From: Bacteroidales bacterium
GTDB taxonomy: Bacteria; Bacteroidota; Bacteroidia; Bacteroidales; Prolixibacteraceae
Direction of reading: 5' to 3'
Length of the DNA stretch: 64,000 nucleotides
Assembly: GCA_012719495.1 (NCBI GenBank)
Contig: JAAYAG010000060.1
Coordinates: 1-64,000, forward strand
Below are positions 21,349 through 31,835 of the stretch, piece by piece; position 1 is the stretch's first letter, and every line of letters begins with the position of its first letter. The notes beneath the pieces were generated by a model. That model saw only the letters and a program-made list of their open reading frames with translations, searched no databases and was not told where the DNA came from. The position numbers and the translations under genes were made by a program.

Positions 21349-24300
21349 TAATTCTTTACTACTTTCACTGTTCGGCCCGGAGTTTTTGACATGAAATTGT
21401 TGTCGTACATGTCGGAACAAATCACTGGCGACTGGATAAACTCTCCGCAGTAAGCCGCATTCAGGTTCACGGTGAAGGTTTTCGATTCGTAACTGTCGAG
21501 CCCGAAGTAGATGTAAACCCTGTCGTCGCGGAAATCGCAATAATCGAACGGGCTATTTTTATTGATGCCGGCTCCGGGAGCAAGGCGGGTGTTAATTATT
21601 TCCCAACCTGACGGGAACAACTGACTGAGAGCTATATTTTTAACCCTTGCCGCGGTTTTGTTTTTCACCATCACCATAGCTGTAAAATCGGTTCCCTGCT
21701 GAAGTGATTTTGTGTCGATAGGGTTCATATTCGAATCGAAGTATTTAACCTCCATCTGCATTCCTTTTTCGGCCGATGTTAGGTCGACATCTTTTTTCGC
21801 ACCTGTATTGAACACATTTACAAACAGTGAACCTTTGCCGCTATTTTCGACTACGATGGTTGCGTTTCCCGATTTATTAAACTGAGGTTCAATGCTATAA
21901 AACTTTGCTTTGCTACGTATTGCTGTTGTTTCGCCATTAATAGTTTGTTTGAAGTTTATCTCGTCATTGCTACCGGTTTGAACCGCAAACGAACTAAGCG
22001 CAACCAGCGAATAGGCAGTAGATTGTGTGCTGTACCAATCATCGGTAGAGATTGATTTTGAGACTTCCAACGCAACTTTTGCTGCTTGATCCCATTCTTT
22101 CAACGCAACCAATGTTTGTAGAATAATTCCTTTGTCTCTTAACTCCGAGCCATAGCATTCATAGTCCGGTTTATCGGGTGTCATATTCCTGAAATCGATC
22201 AGTTTGTAAGCCGCATCTTTCATCGATGCAAGCGCGTAAGCCCCTGCAAGCAACCACTTAGTCTGGTTGTTGAGGTTGGATGAGGTGCGGAGCCTGTTCA
22301 TGGCCGAAACCTGTGGCTCGCCGGCTACCGAGAGCAGGTACAAACGGTAAGCTTGTATGTAATTATTGTAACTGTACTGCGAATTAATTGAATACTGCGA
22401 AGCTGCTTTCGATGTGTATTCAAGCCATTTTTTCTTCATATTCGATGGAACCAGATAACCTGCTTTTTCGGCTTCGAGAAGGAAATAACCCACATAGCAG
22501 CTTGCCCATTCTTCAACATAAGAACTTCCGGGCCAGTAAGTAAACCCGCCATTTGCGAGTTGAAAGCGTTGTAGCCGCTCAATTCCTGCTGTTACATTGT
22601 TCTTTACTCTTAGTTGGTCGTTGGCACTGAGCGATAGCAACGAAGGAAGATAGAGTTGCGGAAATACCGACGAAGTTGTTTGCTCAACACAACCGTGAGG
22701 ATAACGGATAAGGTATTCTAACCGCCGGCCAAGATTTAGCGGAGGCAGCGACGAAATTTCAAGTTGCAGTTTATTTGTGCCTTCTATCCCGAATGCAGAT
22801 TGCTCGCAAACCCACTTTTCGCCCGCTGCAAGGAGCTTGAATTGCGAAGTTGTTTCGGGCAGGTTTGGAAGCCTTACGTCGAGTTCGATTTCGTTAAATG
22901 ACTTTTCGGTTCCCGATTGAACTTCAACTTTTACTTTTGCAAACCCTTGTTTCGATGCCGATTTTATTCGGAACGAAATGTTCTTTTCGCCAGTTGAACT
23001 GAATGCAATGGTTGTGTCAGCCCGTCCAATTATCTGTATGTTCGGATTTGAGCTGATGTGTACCTGTACTTTTTTTACCGATTCGTTCATGGCAAAAACA
23101 GTAACCGGCAAATCGACAGTTTCGTCGGGCGACAAAACCCTTGGAAGCGTAGCCAGTACCATCAATGGCTCACGTACAGCAACGGCTTTTTCGGCGTTTC
23201 CATACTTGCCTTCGCTTGCAGCTATAACCATTGTGCGTACAGAGCCAACATATTGTGGCAGAGCAACTTTGTGCGAAGCTTCTTTGTTTGCATCTAAATG
23301 GAATGGCCCCAGAACTTTCACTACGGGCTTAAAGCGTTCAGCTTTCTTCTTCGACATATCGACACCGTTGTTGCTTCCCCCTACTGCAAACATGCTTTCA
23401 ATCCGGCTTCCGAATGAGCCCATTACATAGTTGTACATGTCGTACGACTTCACGCCTAACGCTTCGCGGGCATAAAAACTTCCCCACGGATCGGGCGTTT
23501 TAAAGTTTGTAATATCCAGCAATCCTTCGTCAACAATCGCTACGGTGTAATCCATTGCCTTCCTGTTCTTCTCTTTTATGTTGATGGTGAATTCCTTTAG
23601 TGGCCTGACTTCGGCAGGCATATTAATCACCGGCTGAAGTCGGGTTTCTGGATCTTCGACCATGATTGGAATTACACCATAAAGCCTGATTGGTAAATCG
23701 TTGACTGTTTGCCCATGAGGCTGTATCAAACTAATGCTTACATACACATTTGGCGACATTGCGGGGGTTGCTTCAAACGTATATTCGGTAAAACTATTGA
23801 GGTTTTTCAGCCATTGCTGGCCAATTACGCCGTTGCCATTTTCGAACGTAATCAGCGCTGTTGCATTCTTGTTAGCTGGAAATCCGATGGTTACTTTTTC
23901 GCCAACCTTGTAATTTGTCTTCTCGGCAACAAGGGCTAAAACCTGAGCGCCGCCATTTTGCCTGTCGCGACCCCAATCCCATCCAAAGTAGATGACTTGC
24001 CCACTTGTGTGCCCGTTTGGCGATGTGACCAGCATCAGGTGTCTGCCCCACATATCTTCGTCGGGTTTTATGGTGAATTCGGCTTTCCCGTTTACAGAAC
24101 TGATTGTTTTGCTGATTACCGGAGTGTAATGTGTTGTTCCTGCGTACGATGCTAGGTTTTCGTCGTTGCTGTCGTACCACCAACTATACTCCAATTCGTA
24201 TATTTTTACCTGTATTCCGTTCAAACTAACCGGTTTCCCGTCTTCATCAACGGTGGCAACTTTAATAACATGGTTTTCTTCAATGTTCAGTTTTTTCCAA

Positions 24301-26843
24301 CCTTCGTACGACCAGTTAATCTTCATTCCCACATAATCGGGGTATGGCGAGTAGGGTTTCGAGATGCTGTTGATGCTGAAATCGCCGCCCTCTTCAAAAA
24401 CTTTGGTTGTGAAACTTGCATTCAGAAATCCATTTACATTCTTGTTGGTTTTCAAGTCGAAGGTGATATCTGTTTTTCCCTCCTGATTAAGTTTTCCATC
24501 AAAAATAGTTTGGTTGTTGACCGTATTTCCACCGAAAGGCGTAGAGAAATCGTAATCTTTGAAATTGTCGAACTTGGGTGCTATTTGGCTGAATGACACA
24601 TCGACACGGGCAGCAAGGTTTTTGGCCGGCATTCCGTGCAACCATTTTGCCTCCAGTTTTCCTTTCGAACTTCTTTTTGCGGAGAGAATTTTATCGTTGA
24701 AACTTAAATCAATTTTCAGTCGGTTAGGTTTAACGGTTTCAACCTGAATGCTTTTGTTGAACTGGCTTCCACCGGCATTTACAACTAGCCGCCAGTTCCC
24801 GGTTGGGTCGTCAGGATTGGTCTTGAAATAGAACGGATAAATTGATTTTTCGCTCTTGTTCCTGACCATTTTCTGAACAAACTGACCTTTGGGGTTAAAT
24901 ACTTCCATTACAAGCGGATGCCCTTCGGGTAAGCTTTTCAGCTTGTCTTCGAGAATGAACGAAACGTAGACCGAATCGCCCGGGCGCCAAACACTGCGTT
25001 CGCCATAAATGAAGCCTTTCATACCCTTTTGAACGCTTACGCCTGAAACATCAAAGTTACTGAGCGACAGGCTGGTTCCATCGTCAATTTTCAGGTAGCC
25101 AATCTGCTTGTCTTTTTCGGCAATGACTAAAAATGGATCGAACTCAGTTTTCACCGAAACCATTCCTTCTGAGTTGGTTTTTGCTTTTGTAAGAAACTGG
25201 TTCTGAAAATCGTAGAATGAAATTTCTACGCCCGATTCAGGCTCGGCAGTTAGCAGGTTCGAAACGTAAATGTTGGTGTTTTTGTTCTGCCCTGTTTTTG
25301 CAATAATGCCAAAGTTAGAGCCTAATATGTTGCGTTTTAAGAATTTATAAGGCGAATAATATGCGTATTTGCAAGGATCATCGTTTTCATCCCACTCGTT
25401 GTAATAGGTGTAGAACACATCCGAGTACTCCTTATCGGGGTTTTCCTGTTCATCTTCAATTGGTACAAATTTGTTCGATTGTTCATCTTTCGATTCGCAA
25501 GGATAGGTCGAATACTCCTTCCGGAACCCAATTTCGATGTTGTAAATGGCACCGGGTTCCACGGTAATAATTTTTGTCAGGTCGAGGTTGAAAGCGTTCC
25601 AAGTGTTCAGATCTTTGGGTCCTTTGTTGGTCAAGTCGACCTTCATGCGTTTCACCGTGCGCCCAACCTGATGGAGGCTCCAGATATTGTCGAAATTCTG
25701 ATTTTGCAGAAATGAGTGGATGTTGTTCTTGAATATCTTGGTAATACGCACATCGACAGCGTTGAGCGAAGTAGCCTCGAATGGAAAATAGAGCCCGGTA
25801 CTCTGCGGCACAATAACCCCTTTCCCCAACAGCCTTATCTGAGGTTTCGTGCCTCCAAAATTGAGTTGTTCTATGTAGTTCGAACCAAGTATATATCCCA
25901 GTTCGCTTTCGATAGAAGCATTCAGTTTGAGCGTTTTTGTGCCTGTAATTTGTTCCGAAGGATAAATCTTCAACAAGTTCCGTTCAACCGAAACCTGGCT
26001 AATATTTTCGTTGTCGAGTTGGATCAAACCGCGTAAATCGATCTGATTTTGAATAGGATCTGAAAATGATATTTCAATATGCTGATCGGGATTATTGATG
26101 ACCTGAACCGAGGTTACAGCAAAATCTTTTAACGAAGGAACTTCAACTTTTATGGAGCCCTTCCCGTTTTCGAGGTCTATTTTTCCCCCGGCCCATTCAA
26201 CTTCAACCTCCGATTTCTGTTCTTTGCGCTTGATTTCTAAAACCCTAAAAGAGTGTGTGTTCGATTTTGCCTGGTGATTCCACAGAAGTGGCAGTTTGTC
26301 GCCATCTTGTTCGGCAGTAAAAATTTCTTCAATCTCTTTGTCGTCGATCAGGTCGGAAGTAACAATCTCGATGGGGAGTTCATACGTCTTGTCGTTTTTA
26401 TCGGAAATTGAGAGGCCGCGTTCCGAAACCCTTATCTGTTTGGTCGTTGTGTTGAAATTGAACGTCAGCGTTGAAAGCTGTTTCGACACTTTCATCAGTT
26501 TTGAAAGCTTCAGTTTGCCTTGGTACGACGCGTCCCAATCGAGCAAATTAGTTGGTTTGAATTCGATGGCGTCGGTATTTGCCCACACTGCTTTTCCATC
26601 AATTGAAGGGGAGAACGAAAGCACGGAGCTTGAAACTGTTGAACCAATTTCTTCTGATGAAACTAGCTCGGAGGTGAATTTGATCACAATTGCATCGGAG
26701 CGTTTTATTTGTCCCGATGTAACGCCGTACACAAACTCGTGAAACGACTCAATTGACGATGGTGTTCCGGCATCTCTCTTTTTGCATCCAACAAAAGCAA
26801 TCAGCAGGGTAATTGCAACGAATAGGATTGTTTTTAGCTTCAT
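21348..26843 (-). CDS. Bacterial alpha-2-macroglobulin family lipoprotein (YfhM-like), 1831 aa
   Basis: Lipoprotein signal MKLKTILFVAITLLIAFVGCKK. Thioester motif GCVEQ (…RYPHGCVEQTTSSVFPQ…). Very large multi-domain beta-rich protein. Stop TAA overlaps the pbpC ATG (TAATG). Confidence 0.85.
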   Translation of the reverse strand: MKLKTILFVAITLLIAFVGCKKRDAGTPSSIESFHEFVYGVTSGQIKRSDAIVIKFTSELVSSEEIGSTVSSSVLSFSPSIDGKAVWANTDAIEFKPTNLLDWDASYQGKLKLSKLMKVSKQLSTLTFNFNTTTKQIRVSERGLSISDKNDKTYELPIEIVTSDLIDDKEIEEIFTAEQDGDKLPLLWNHQAKSNTHSFRVLEIKRKEQKSEVEVEWAGGKIDLENGKGSIKVEVPSLKDFAVTSVQVINNPDQHIEISFSDPIQNQIDLRGLIQLDNENISQVSVERNLLKIYPSEQITGTKTLKLNASIESELGYILGSNYIEQLNFGGTKPQIRLLGKGVIVPQSTGLYFPFEATSLNAVDVRITKIFKNNIHSFLQNQNFDNIWSLHQVGRTVKRMKVDLTNKGPKDLNTWNAFNLDLTKIITVEPGAIYNIEIGFRKEYSTYPCESKDEQSNKFVPIEDEQENPDKEYSDVFYTYYNEWDENDDPCKYAYYSPYKFLKRNILGSNFGIIAKTGQNKNTNIYVSNLLTAEPESGVEISFYDFQNQFLTKAKTNSEGMVSVKTEFDPFLVIAEKDKQIGYLKIDDGTSLSLSNFDVSGVSVQKGMKGFIYGERSVWRPGDSVYVSFILEDKLKSLPEGHPLVMEVFNPKGQFVQKMVRNKSEKSIYPFYFKTNPDDPTGNWRLVVNAGGSQFNKSIQVETVKPNRLKIDLSFNDKILSAKRSSKGKLEAKWLHGMPAKNLAARVDVSFSQIAPKFDNFKDYDFSTPFGGNTVNNQTIFDGKLNQEGKTDITFDLKTNKNVNGFLNASFTTKVFEEGGDFSINSISKPYSPYPDYVGMKINWSYEGWKKLNIEENHVIKVATVDEDGKPVSLNGIQVKIYELEYSWWYDSNDENLASYAGTTHYTPVISKTISSVNGKAEFTIKPDEDMWGRHLMLVTSPNGHTSGQVIYFGWDWGRDRQNGGAQVLALVAEKTNYKVGEKVTIGFPANKNATALITFENGNGVIGQQWLKNLNSFTEYTFEATPAMSPNVYVSISLIQPHGQTVNDLPIRLYGVIPIMVEDPETRLQPVINMPAEVRPLKEFTINIKEKNRKAMDYTVAIVDEGLLDITNFKTPDPWGSFYAREALGVKSYDMYNYVMGSFGSRIESMFAVGGSNNGVDMSKKKAERFKPVVKVLGPFHLDANKEASHKVALPQYVGSVRTMVIAASEGKYGNAEKAVAVREPLMVLATLPRVLSPDETVDLPVTVFAMNESVKKVQVHISSNPNIQIIGRADTTIAFSSTGEKNISFRIKSASKQGFAKVKVEVQSGTEKSFNEIELDVRLPNLPETTSQFKLLAAGEKWVCEQSAFGIEGTNKLQLEISSLPPLNLGRRLEYLIRYPHGCVEQTTSSVFPQLYLPSLLSLSANDQLRVKNNVTAGIERLQRFQLANGGFTYWPGSSYVEEWASCYVGYFLLEAEKAGYLVPSNMKKKWLEYTSKAASQYSINSQYSYNNYIQAYRLYLLSVAGEPQVSAMNRLRTSSNLNNQTKWLLAGAYALASMKDAAYKLIDFRNMTPDKPDYECYGSELRDKGIILQTLVALKEWDQAAKVALEVSKSISTDDWYSTQSTAYSLVALSSFAVQTGSNDEINFKQTINGETTAIRSKAKFYSIEPQFNKSGNATIVVENSGKGSLFVNVFNTGAKKDVDLTSAEKGMQMEVKYFDSNMNPIDTKSLQQGTDFTAMVMVKNKTAARVKNIALSQLFPSGWEIINTRLAPGAGINKNSPFDYCDFRDDRVYIYFGLDSYESKTFTVNLNAAYCGEFIQSPVICSDMYDNNFMSKTPGRTVKVVKN

Positions 26844-26867
26844 GGTTTTTAATTATTTAGGTGAATT

Positions 26868-27551
26868 TTAGAGGTTTCTGTTTTTGATGAGCAAACCCGC
26901 AAAGATGAGGTCGGCCGGGTGGGTTATTTTAATGTTTTCGATGTTTCCCTGAACAAGGTTAATTGCCAGTCCGGCAGCTTCCAACACACTGGCATCGTCG
27001 GTAAATGCTTCGTTAAAAGGTTGGTTATAAGCTGCTTTTATTTCGGAAACGTTAAAAACCTGAGGGGTTTGAATTGTAACAAACGATGAACGGTCGACAG
27101 CTTTACTGTTTTCGCCATCGATTATTCTAAGCGATTCAATAACAGGCATTACCGGGATTGCATTTCCTTTTAGTCGGGCAACTTCGAAACAGTGGCCAAT
27201 GGCTTCGAAGCTCACCAATGGGCGAACGCCATCGTGAATGGCAACAATTCCGTCGCCCTGGATTCTCGATAGCCCGTTCTTTACACTTTCAAACCGCACT
27301 GAGCCACCCGCAACCAACTGATGTCGAATGCTAAACTTATATTCGTGGCAAAGGCTTTCCCATAACTCAAATTGGGCTTCGGGCAGAACAACAATAATTT
27401 CAATGGCATTATCGTACTCGTGAAAACGCTCGATGGTATGCATTAACACCGGTTTGTCATTCAGCAAAAGGAATTGTTTGGGAACAGTGGCGTTCATGCG
27501 GCTGCCACTTCCTCCGGCAACAATCAATGCATAGTTTTTTTGTTCAGCCAT
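26868..27551 (-). CDS. ispD: 2-C-methyl-D-erythritol 4-phosphate cytidylyltransferase
   Basis: 227 aa. N-terminal ALIVAGGSGSRM…PKQF motif and HDGVRPLV. Confidence 0.85.
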   Translation of the reverse strand: MAEQKNYALIVAGGSGSRMNATVPKQFLLLNDKPVLMHTIERFHEYDNAIEIIVVLPEAQFELWESLCHEYKFSIRHQLVAGGSVRFESVKNGLSRIQGDGIVAIHDGVRPLVSFEAIGHCFEVARLKGNAIPVMPVIESLRIIDGENSKAVDRSSFVTIQTPQVFNVSEIKAAYNQPFNEAFTDDASVLEAAGLAINLVQGNIENIKITHPADLIFAGLLIKNRNL

Positions 27552-27630
27552 TAGAAATAAAGTTTGAAAGTAAAATCCTTAGGCTAATTCGTTAATTTTG
27601 CCTTTGAATAAATAACAAATTTATCAAAAA

Positions 27631-28290
27631 ATGAAAGAGATCTATCACTTTTTGCAACAACTGGAAGCAAATAACAATAAAGACTGGTTTGACAAAAACC
27701 GTGATGAATTTAAAAAAGCACAACAGAAGATTTCACACCTTACCGAGCTACTTATCAACGAAGTACGAAGCTTCGACAAAGAGATAGGATTCTTGCAACC
27801 CAAAGATTGTATGTACCGGATTTATCGCGACCTTCGTTTCTCGGCCGATAAAACCCCTTACAAAACAAACATGGGGGCTTACATCGCCAAGAATGGGAAA
27901 TGTGGTGGTTATCCCGGGTATTACTTTCATATTCAACCTAATGGAAGTTTTGTTAGTGGCGGCTTGTATATGCCCAATCCGGCTTTCCTGAAAGCTATCA
28001 GAAATGAAATTTATTACCATTCCGATGAATTTATTGATATAATTGAGGAGCCTGAATTTAAAAGCCGGTTTTCGTTTTTCGACGAAGATAAGTTGAAAAC
28101 TAATCCCAAAGGTTTTCCTGCTGATTTTGAACACATTGAACTCTTGAGGTTTAAGTCTATTGCCCCTTCTGTTAATGTTTCTGAAGAACAGCTTTTTAGT
28201 AATGATATCATTGATTTCATTATCGAAAATTTCAGAAAGTTCTATCCGTTGAATGCATTTTTATATGAAGCTGTTTCAAAAATAGAATAA
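27631..28290 (+). CDS. DUF2461 / TIGR02453-family conserved hypothetical protein
   Basis: 219 aa. N-terminal …LEANNNKDWFDKNRDEFKK… pattern typical of this family. Assigned from recall only. Confidence 0.45.
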   Translation: MKEIYHFLQQLEANNNKDWFDKNRDEFKKAQQKISHLTELLINEVRSFDKEIGFLQPKDCMYRIYRDLRFSADKTPYKTNMGAYIAKNGKCGGYPGYYFHIQPNGSFVSGGLYMPNPAFLKAIRNEIYYHSDEFIDIIEEPEFKSRFSFFDEDKLKTNPKGFPADFEHIELLRFKSIAPSVNVSEEQLFSNDIIDFIIENFRKFYPLNAFLYEAVSKIE

Positions 28291-28325
28291 TACCCACAAG
28301 TAAATGGCTTAGTTAATTTGTTGGT

Positions 28326-29045
28326 TCATTGCATTTTTCTTTCAAATCGAGAAAAAAGCAACCAGATAATAAACCCATGAAATACTGTTGCACCAGCAAG
28401 GTAAAGCCACCGATATTCCTGAAGTGAAAAAATGGCTCTTTCGATCCACCAAAGAGGCGAAAATGAAAGGATCCAACGCCAATTTCCCTGCGTAAAATAA
28501 TCGATTAAAACAGGAAGCAGAACTATACCAAAACTTTTAGATAAGGCTATCCCTTCAACCTTATTTCCTGCAAATGCGGCCAAGAAAAGCAGCATTAGTG
28601 GCGCTTCAGTTGCAACAATCAATGTAATTACAATTATTTCAAACCAGTTGAGTAGAGAGGAAAAACCTGTCAGAATAAGAAACGCCACTCCAAAAACTAA
28701 GCTTGCCAGCACCGGAATAATCATTCTGGTTCTCAGGTATCCCGATTTTCCCAATGGAGTTATCGATAAGTAACTGATAATCCCTTCGTCGCGTTCGTCG
28801 AGAAGGATAAACCCGTAAATCATGCCAAACAACATGGGAATCAACGAAAAGAAAAAAAAGCTTCCCAACAGGAAATAGGAATCGAGGGGCAGAGAAAAGT
28901 ACTTGATGGAGAGTTGTGAGACTATAGGGAATAAGAAAAGGGCAATGATCAACAACAGAAATGGCGCAACAAAACTCAAAATCAGCATTGGGTCACGCCC
29001 AATAATCTTCAAATCGCCTTTTATCAGGTATAAATCTCGTGTCAT
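28326..29045 (-). CDS. ABC-2-type exporter permease subunit
   Basis: 239 aa polytopic membrane protein. Last gene of the ATPase-permease-permease operon. Confidence 0.5.
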   Translation of the reverse strand: MTRDLYLIKGDLKIIGRDPMLILSFVAPFLLLIIALFLFPIVSQLSIKYFSLPLDSYFLLGSFFFFSLIPMLFGMIYGFILLDERDEGIISYLSITPLGKSGYLRTRMIIPVLASLVFGVAFLILTGFSSLLNWFEIIVITLIVATEAPLMLLFLAAFAGNKVEGIALSKSFGIVLLPVLIDYFTQGNWRWILSFSPLWWIERAIFSLQEYRWLYLAGATVFHGFIIWLLFSRFERKMQ

Positions 29046-29052
29046 CTTCTAG

Positions 29053-29817
29053 TTATTTGTGGATTATATTTTTATTGAATTGACTCATCGCATATCTGTA
29101 AGCCACAATATTCCAGCAAATAAGAACAGAAATTCCGGCAATATTGCTTACTAAAGTTTGTTGTGTAGCCGGTGTAATTAGCAACGTTACTGCGGCATTT
29201 ATTGGAAATATCATTGAGAGCACGGGGTGAATAAAAAACAAGGCTAACGGGACAACCATAACCAGTCCGGCCAAAAGTATCCCTCCAAAGTACTCGTTCA
29301 ACGTATTGGCACGCGACGAAACTCCCAGTCCTAAAAACGTAAAAAACAAAGAACAAAGAATCACAGATGCCAACATAGAGAGGCACCTATCGAGCATTGC
29401 TCCCGGAATAAATCCAATAGCCGAGCTAACAAGGGTAGCAATAAGGGTTAATGAAATGGCTTTACTAAAAATGTATGTAGATAGTTTCATGGGAGTTATA
29501 AAAAGACTCTGAAGTACATTTTGTTGCTTTTCGAGCAAAACCAATGCTCCAACAAAAACCATCCCCAGCACCGAAGTATCTGAGAGGATAAGATAAGCAG
29601 CAACCTCGGGGCGAACAGTTTCAGGCAGATAGAACAACAACAACAAGTAAACAGCTGTTAAGATGGCATATACAAGATAAAAACCCTGTTTGTACTGAAA
29701 TAAAACATCGAAATGAGCAAGTTTCAAAAGTTGAGCGGTATTTTTAATAATACTATTTTTCATTCTTCTAAATTTGATAGCCAGAAAATCAATACTCAAA
29801 ATACTACATAGAATCAT
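29053..29817 (-). CDS. ABC-2-type exporter permease subunit
   Basis: Polytopic membrane protein. True start may be the internal MKNSIIKN (ATG at 29763). Confidence 0.5.
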   Translation of the reverse strand: MILCSILSIDFLAIKFRRMKNSIIKNTAQLLKLAHFDVLFQYKQGFYLVYAILTAVYLLLLFYLPETVRPEVAAYLILSDTSVLGMVFVGALVLLEKQQNVLQSLFITPMKLSTYIFSKAISLTLIATLVSSAIGFIPGAMLDRCLSMLASVILCSLFFTFLGLGVSSRANTLNEYFGGILLAGLVMVVPLALFFIHPVLSMIFPINAAVTLLITPATQQTLVSNIAGISVLICWNIVAYRYAMSQFNKNIIHK

Positions 29818-29826
29818 CGGAAATAT

Positions 29827-30708
29827 TTATGAAAGCTGTTTGCCTGTTACAGCCAGAAAAATATCTTCGAGTGTGGCTTCCTGCGTATGGATCGTTTCTA
29901 TTTCGTTGTGATTAATCAATTGCAAAAACTCGTTGTTTGAACCAAGGCCATGCAATGAAAACTCCTTGGTTTCTAACTGCATATCGGCTTTATAACGAAT
30001 CTTTAAGGTTTTTCGACCATGCTGAAGTTTAAGCTTTTCAGGGGAATCGATTACAGGGAGCTGCCCGTCGATCATAAATGCCACGCGGTCGCACAGTTCA
30101 TCGGCGTCGGTCATGTTATGTGTGGTTAAAAAAATTGTTGTTCCATTATCGCGCAGCTCCAAAATAAAATCTTTCAACATACGGCTGTTGCTTGGGTCGA
30201 GACCCGAGGTTGGTTCATCGAGGAACAATAATTTGGGTTTGTGTAAAATTGCCCGGATAAAATTCAAGCGCATACGCATCCCTTTCGAGAATGCCTCAAC
30301 AGGCAAGTTTCGGTCTTCCCACAACCCCACACGACTGAGCAATTCCTGAAAATCATATTTTTCACAAGTGTAGAACGAGGCGAAAAGAGCAAGGTTTTCG
30401 AGAGCGGTGAATTTAAGATATAGGTTTGGAAACTCGAAAGCTACTCCAATGTTTTCATAGAATTGCTTGTTGAAGTTATTCACTTCCCGCCCCTTAAGGG
30501 TAACACTGCCCTGATAATTCTTTAGTATTCCGGTCATCACTTTCTGCGTAGTGCTCTTCCCTGCCCCACTGGGTCCTAAAAAACCAAAGATTTCCTGATC
30601 GTTAACCTTGAATGAAATGTTTTTAAGCGCCGGTACACCTTGGTTTGCATATGAATACAGCAAATTTTCAACTCGGATCATGACTTTATTATTGTTGATA
30701 TTGTACAA
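29827..30708 (-). CDS. ABC transporter ATP-binding protein
   Basis: Walker A GPSGAGKST, signature-like FSKGMRMRL, Walker B LLFLDEPTSGLD. Confidence 0.85.
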   Translation of the reverse strand: MYNINNNKVMIRVENLLYSYANQGVPALKNISFKVNDQEIFGFLGPSGAGKSTTQKVMTGILKNYQGSVTLKGREVNNFNKQFYENIGVAFEFPNLYLKFTALENLALFASFYTCEKYDFQELLSRVGLWEDRNLPVEAFSKGMRMRLNFIRAILHKPKLLFLDEPTSGLDPSNSRMLKDFILELRDNGTTIFLTTHNMTDADELCDRVAFMIDGQLPVIDSPEKLKLQHGRKTLKIRYKADMQLETKEFSLHGLGSNNEFLQLINHNEIETIHTQEATLEDIFLAVTGKQLS

Positions 30709-30790
30709 AAGTAACCTGCCAGAATGAAATACTTTTGCCCAAAAAGGATTCTTCTTTGCCCGAAAAGGATTTTATTGTGATGATGCTGCG

Positions 30791-30832
30791 AAAGAAAAAT
30801 CCCGAACTTGCAGAGTTCGCAAATTCGGGATT
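30791..30832 (-). terminator. Terminator hairpin downstream of the glucokinase gene
   Basis: AATCCCGAA…TTCGGGATT 9-bp stem. Minus strand is followed by TTTTTCTTT. Confidence 0.45.
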
Positions 30833-30857
30833 CAAACTGATAGAGTATTATTGAATA

Positions 30858-31835
30858 CTAGGCATCAACTTCTTTCCAAACCAAAGCACTTGCTCCCACA
30901 ATAGCAGCGTCGCCCAATTTAAGTTTCGAAGGATAGATTGGTATCTTGTTCTTGAAAATTGGTAGGAGGTGTTTTTCCATGCTTTCTTTAGCTGGCTTGA
31001 AAATATAATCGCCGGCAGCGGTTGGCCCACCAAAGAGGAAAATGGCCTCGGGGCTGAGGTGATGTACCGTATCGGCTAAGCCTTGTCCTAACCACTCACC
31101 CGTTTTTTTGAACACTTCGAGGGCTACTTTATCGCCTTTTTCAGCTGCATCGAAAATATCTTTCGATTCGAGATCTTCGTATGAGAATTTTGCGAGTAAA
31201 CTGCCAATGGCATTGTCACGTGCAATAATCTCGAAAGCAGTGCGCTTCATGCCAGGAGCCGAGCAATAGGCTTCGAGGTGGCCTTTAGCACCGCATCCAC
31301 AGAGCCTGCCATCGGGAACAAGCATGGTATGGCCACATTCTCCGGCAAAACCATCGGCGCCGTATACCAAGTTTCCATCGACAACCAATCCGCTGCCAAC
31401 ACCGGTTCCCAAAGTATACATCACAAAATTTTTCATGCCTTTTGCTCCTCCATAAATCATTTCACCAATAGCCGCAGCATTAGCATCATTGGTGAGGGCA
31501 ATGTTTTCCAGCGATGGAAATTTTTCTTTTAGCAGTTGTACAAAAGGAACAATGCCTTTGAACGAAAGATTTGGAGCATGCTCAATAGTCCCTTTGTAAT
31601 AGTTTCCGTTGGGCGCACCAATTCCTATCCCAAGTATTTCGATTTCTTCGTTTAGCAAACGAACCGAATTGATTTGTTCTTTAATGGCTTCGGCCAGGTC
31701 ATTGATATACTTATCGATATCTCCATGTGAAGGAGTGGATATCGACGTTTTTACCATTACATTGCCTTCTTTGTCTACAACGCCAATTGCGGTATTTGTT
31801 CCTCCTATATCTACTCCTATTGCTACTTTTTTCAT
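30858..31835 (-). CDS. ROK family sugar kinase (glucokinase-like)
   Basis: 325 aa. N-terminal MKKVAIGVDIGGTNT. ROK Cys/His zinc motif (…GHTMLVPDGRLCGCGAKGHLEAY…). Confidence 0.8.
   Translation of the reverse strand: MKKVAIGVDIGGTNTAIGVVDKEGNVMVKTSISTPSHGDIDKYINDLAEAIKEQINSVRLLNEEIEILGIGIGAPNGNYYKGTIEHAPNLSFKGIVPFVQLLKEKFPSLENIALTNDANAAAIGEMIYGGAKGMKNFVMYTLGTGVGSGLVVDGNLVYGADGFAGECGHTMLVPDGRLCGCGAKGHLEAYCSAPGMKRTAFEIIARDNAIGSLLAKFSYEDLESKDIFDAAEKGDKVALEVFKKTGEWLGQGLADTVHHLSPEAIFLFGGPTAAGDYIFKPAKESMEKHLLPIFKNKIPIYPSKLKLGDAAIVGASALVWKEVDA

Noticed and set aside
21349-21540. 64-aa Arg-rich N-terminal extension on PBP1C
   Set aside because: It overlaps the 3' end of the a2M gene in another frame. 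The PBP1C TM anchor begins right after MKDFKF at the internal ATG.
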